DNA of 15,599 nt, taken from NCBI GenBank assembly GCA_043732185.1, contig JAYTHY010000024.1, positions 1 to 15,599 on the forward strand, in the 5' to 3' direction. Shown here piece after piece: positions 14,974 through 15,599 of the stretch. The position numbers were made by a program, and so were the translations under genes. Positions within the stretch are counted from its first letter, which is position 1, and each line of letters starts with the position of its first letter. The notes under the pieces were generated by a model. It searched no databases. It was not told the origin of the DNA and saw only the letters and a list, made by a program, of their open reading frames with translations. This DNA is from Fibrobacteria bacterium (lineage in GTDB: Bacteria; Fibrobacterota; Fibrobacteria; UBA11236).

Positions 14974-15108
14974 GAGAAATACCATCTTTCACCCCATGGT
15001 TTTCCCATGGGAGATATATTAGCTCTGTCGGGGAAGGACTAAAACACGTCATTATCCCCATTTTCTCAATTTTTCCCTTTTTTCCCACTTTTTCCAAAAG
15101 GAATTCCC

Positions 15109-15599
15109 ATGATTTCATCCAAATTCCCGACATGGCGCTGGGCCCTTTTGCTCGGTCTCCCGTTGCAATTTTCCGCACCGGCCTGGTCCGGCCAAGTGTT
15201 GCGCTTCCAAAAACACGTAATCGCTAACGGGGGCGATGAGGCTTGCACATTCGGGGATTTTAATGGTGACAAAAAAACCGATATAGCCTGCGGCAATTCT
15301 TGGTACCAAAATCCAACGTGGACATCACACCCCTTCCCGGGAGGGACGGATTTCTTAGCGGCAATGGATGTAGATGGAGATGGTTTGGTGGATGCCATAT
15401 CCGGTAATATCGACAATGCCAGTTGGTATCGCAATACCGGCAATGGCCTCACCTTTGCTGCGGGTAAAGATTTAGGGGTAGGCGGGCAGCACAGTGGCTC
15501 GCTATGGGATGTCGACGGGGATGGCAAAGCCAGGGAAATCGTAAGCTCCCAAAACGGCAAGCGCACCGCCTGGTCAGAAGTGGTCAACGGCAACTGGGT
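15109..15599 (+). CDS. Secreted FG-GAP/VCBS repeat protein (3'-truncated by the window edge)
   Basis: Not in the ORF track because it has no stop in the window. Manual translation: MISSKFPTWRWALLLGLPLQFSAPAWSGQVLRFQKHVIANGGDEACTFGDFNGDKKTDIACGNSWYQNP...MDVDGDGLVDAISG...WYRNTG...WDVDGDGKAREIV. It has a signal peptide, three DxxGDG-type Ca-binding loops and an AAGGA SD at 15098-15102. Confidence 0.88.
   Translation, partial: MISSKFPTWRWALLLGLPLQFSAPAWSGQVLRFQKHVIANGGDEACTFGDFNGDKKTDIACGNSWYQNPTWTSHPFPGGTDFLAAMDVDGDGLVDAISGNIDNASWYRNTGNGLTFAAGKDLGVGGQHSGSLWDVDGDGKAREIVSSQNGKRTAWSEVVNGNW

Noticed and set aside
15066..15593. 175 aa minus-strand ORF in the track
   Set aside because: Pro/Ser-rich antisense shadow of the + strand FG-GAP gene, which has an SD, a signal peptide and repeat motifs.

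Overview
Bacterial chromosomal window, most likely from a Fibrobacterota genome. This is inferred from a TIGR02147-family gene, T9SS-like C-terminal tails and FCB-type TAnnTT(TG) promoter boxes. The left ~5.1 kb is housekeeping-like: tRNA-Lys(UUU) with promoter and terminator, an aldo/keto reductase, a RIO1-like kinase, the two-gene carboxy(nor)spermidine pathway (dehydrogenase + nspC) and a pterin-4a-carbinolamine dehydratase. From 14908 down to 5118, seven closely packed minus-strand genes form an accessory cassette: TIGR02147 HTH/DUF4423 protein, DUF2341-LamG lipoprotein, PQQ-dependent sugar dehydrogenase, DUF6807/PmoA-family protein, purple-acid-phosphatase-like enzyme, TPR-like protein and a parallel beta-helix protein. 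All but the first carry export signals, and three end in T9SS-like sorting tails. A secreted FG-GAP/VCBS repeat gene, absent from the ORF track, starts divergently at 15109 and runs off the window. The best candidate for an undescribed system is the TIGR02147-lipoprotein module heading the exoenzyme cluster, with a palindrome over its own promoter. No mobile element, integrase or CRISPR array was seen. All family calls come from motif recognition by eye, not from database searches.
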